Assembly: GCF_036971445.1 (NCBI RefSeq)
Contig: NC_091472.1
Span: 13,020,001-13,084,000, forward strand
Origin: Narcine bancroftii
Lineage: Eukaryota
Direction: 5' to 3'
Length of the DNA stretch: 64,000 nucleotides
Shown piece after piece: positions 62,717 through 64,000 of the stretch. Position numbers and translations under genes: made by a program. The notes under the pieces were generated by a model. That model did no database searches and was not told the origin of the DNA. It saw nothing but the letters and a program-made list of their open reading frames with translations. Within the stretch, counting starts at the first letter, position 1, and each line of letters starts with the position of its first letter.

Positions 62717-63530
62717 AAATATAACTGATACAAAACAAATTGTATTGAATTAACCTGTATCTTACGTTTATGATTTTTGTCATATTATTCTTACATAATT
62801 CATCCAATCTTTCTCATTTATTTGTCTATTTAAATCTACTTCCCTTCTTAATGTCAATTTAAAGCACATTAAATTTATTCTTCATTCGTTCAAATGTTAA
62901 AAATCTTCCATTCTCTAAATAATTCTCAATCTTCAAAAATTTATTATCCATTGATTATCTATTTTGACAGAGGGGCATTTTGTGATATATTAAACCTTTC
63001 ATACCTATTTCATTATCAATATTATTTCATAATTCAATCAGATGTTTCAAAATAGGTGTTTCTGTATTTCCTACCAACAATTTAGAATTCCATTTATAAA
63101 TAAAATCCTGTAAATTTATTTCTCCTATCTTACTAATTTCTATATTAACCCAAGCAGGGATTTTATCTAAACTCAGCAGTGCATTAATAAATTTCAATTG
63201 AGCAACTTTATAGAAGTTCTTAAAATGGGGATATTGTAAGCCCCCCCAATTCAAACTTCCAAGTCAATTTTTCTAAAGAAACCCTTGCCATTTTTCCTTT
63301 CCATAAAAAGTTCCTAACACTCGCATTTAAATCCTTAAATATTTTTGAGGAATTGAGATAGGGATCGACTGAAAAAGACATTGAACTCGAGGAAAAATAT
63401 TCATTTTAACTCAATTTAGCCTACCTACTAAGGTAATAGGTAGGGTATTCCACCTTTTCAAATCTTCAACAATTTTATCAAATAAAGGCAAATCATTTAA
63501 TTTATATAAATTTCTTAAATCATTATCAAC
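62717..63530 (-). mobile_element. Outer L1 ORF2 fragment
   Basis: GGLQYPHFKNFYKVAQL; LPITLVGRL remnants. Confidence 0.8.
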
Positions 63531-63534
63531 CGCA

Positions 63535-63690
63535 TTTTCTCATACTTTGATGAAGGGCTCAAGCCCGAAACGACAGTTATGTATCTCTGCCGTTGCTACA
63601 CAAAGGACAGTTTGACCTGCTGAGTTTCTTTAGAATTTTGTGTTTTGAACCTCAACTACGGTGTCCACAGAATTTTGTGTTTTACTAGTA
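63535..63690 (+). mobile_element. Penelope-like end with well-preserved hammerhead-like core
   Basis: ttgatga-a-gggct-ca-agccc-gaaacg followed by gacctgctgagtttc. Confidence 0.65.
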
Positions 63691-64000
63691 CAGGATGGGA
63701 AACTTGACTTTTACAAGCAAACTGAATTTAAAATTACGATGGCGAACGGAGAGCACCCTTCAGTGATAAGCAGGGTACCAACAGTAACAATAAATGAGAC
63801 GTGAAGTCTTTGAAGAGGAAGTGCCTATAGGCAAGTTAAATGACTGATTGAACCTGGGCCCTGATAAGACTGATTGAGCTATTCTTGTTAAAACACCATT
63901 GAGTGTGGTAAAAGACTGAGTTAACCCATTGAAAAATTCATCAGACACTTCCTGTAGAAAGATTCATCGGGCACTTAATAAGGAATGTAAAAACAAGCAG

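Overview
Eukaryotic, repeat-rich genomic DNA from a cartilaginous fish; the mix of CR1/HER-type LINEs, HE1-like SINEs, Penelope ends, Rex1 and L1 suggests a batoid (ray), but that is inference. Two convergent genes: (+) the last coding exon and ~5 kb 3'UTR of KIF13B (end of the CAP-Gly domain), and (-) eight coding exons of HMBOX1 (52648->12775). The HMBOX1 exons splice in phase into 409 aa counted from the exon-3 Met; the first coding exon was not found in the window. Introns hold CR1 fragments, two near-full-length dead L1s, a four-level nested insertion (L1>LTR>L1>CR1), a full-length hAT/Buster transposon with TIRs and TSD, a Chapaev3 derivative, MITEs, a 5S-rRNA-derived SINE and Penelope ends carrying hammerhead-ribozyme-like cores. 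The main unexplained items are an apparent decayed minus-strand reading frame scattered between the two gene ends (~5.3-12.65 kb), a diverged HMBOX1 POU-like helix, a long hairpin in the KIF13B 3'UTR, and recent local inverted and direct duplications. All calls were made by eye; comparisons with human proteins are from memory.
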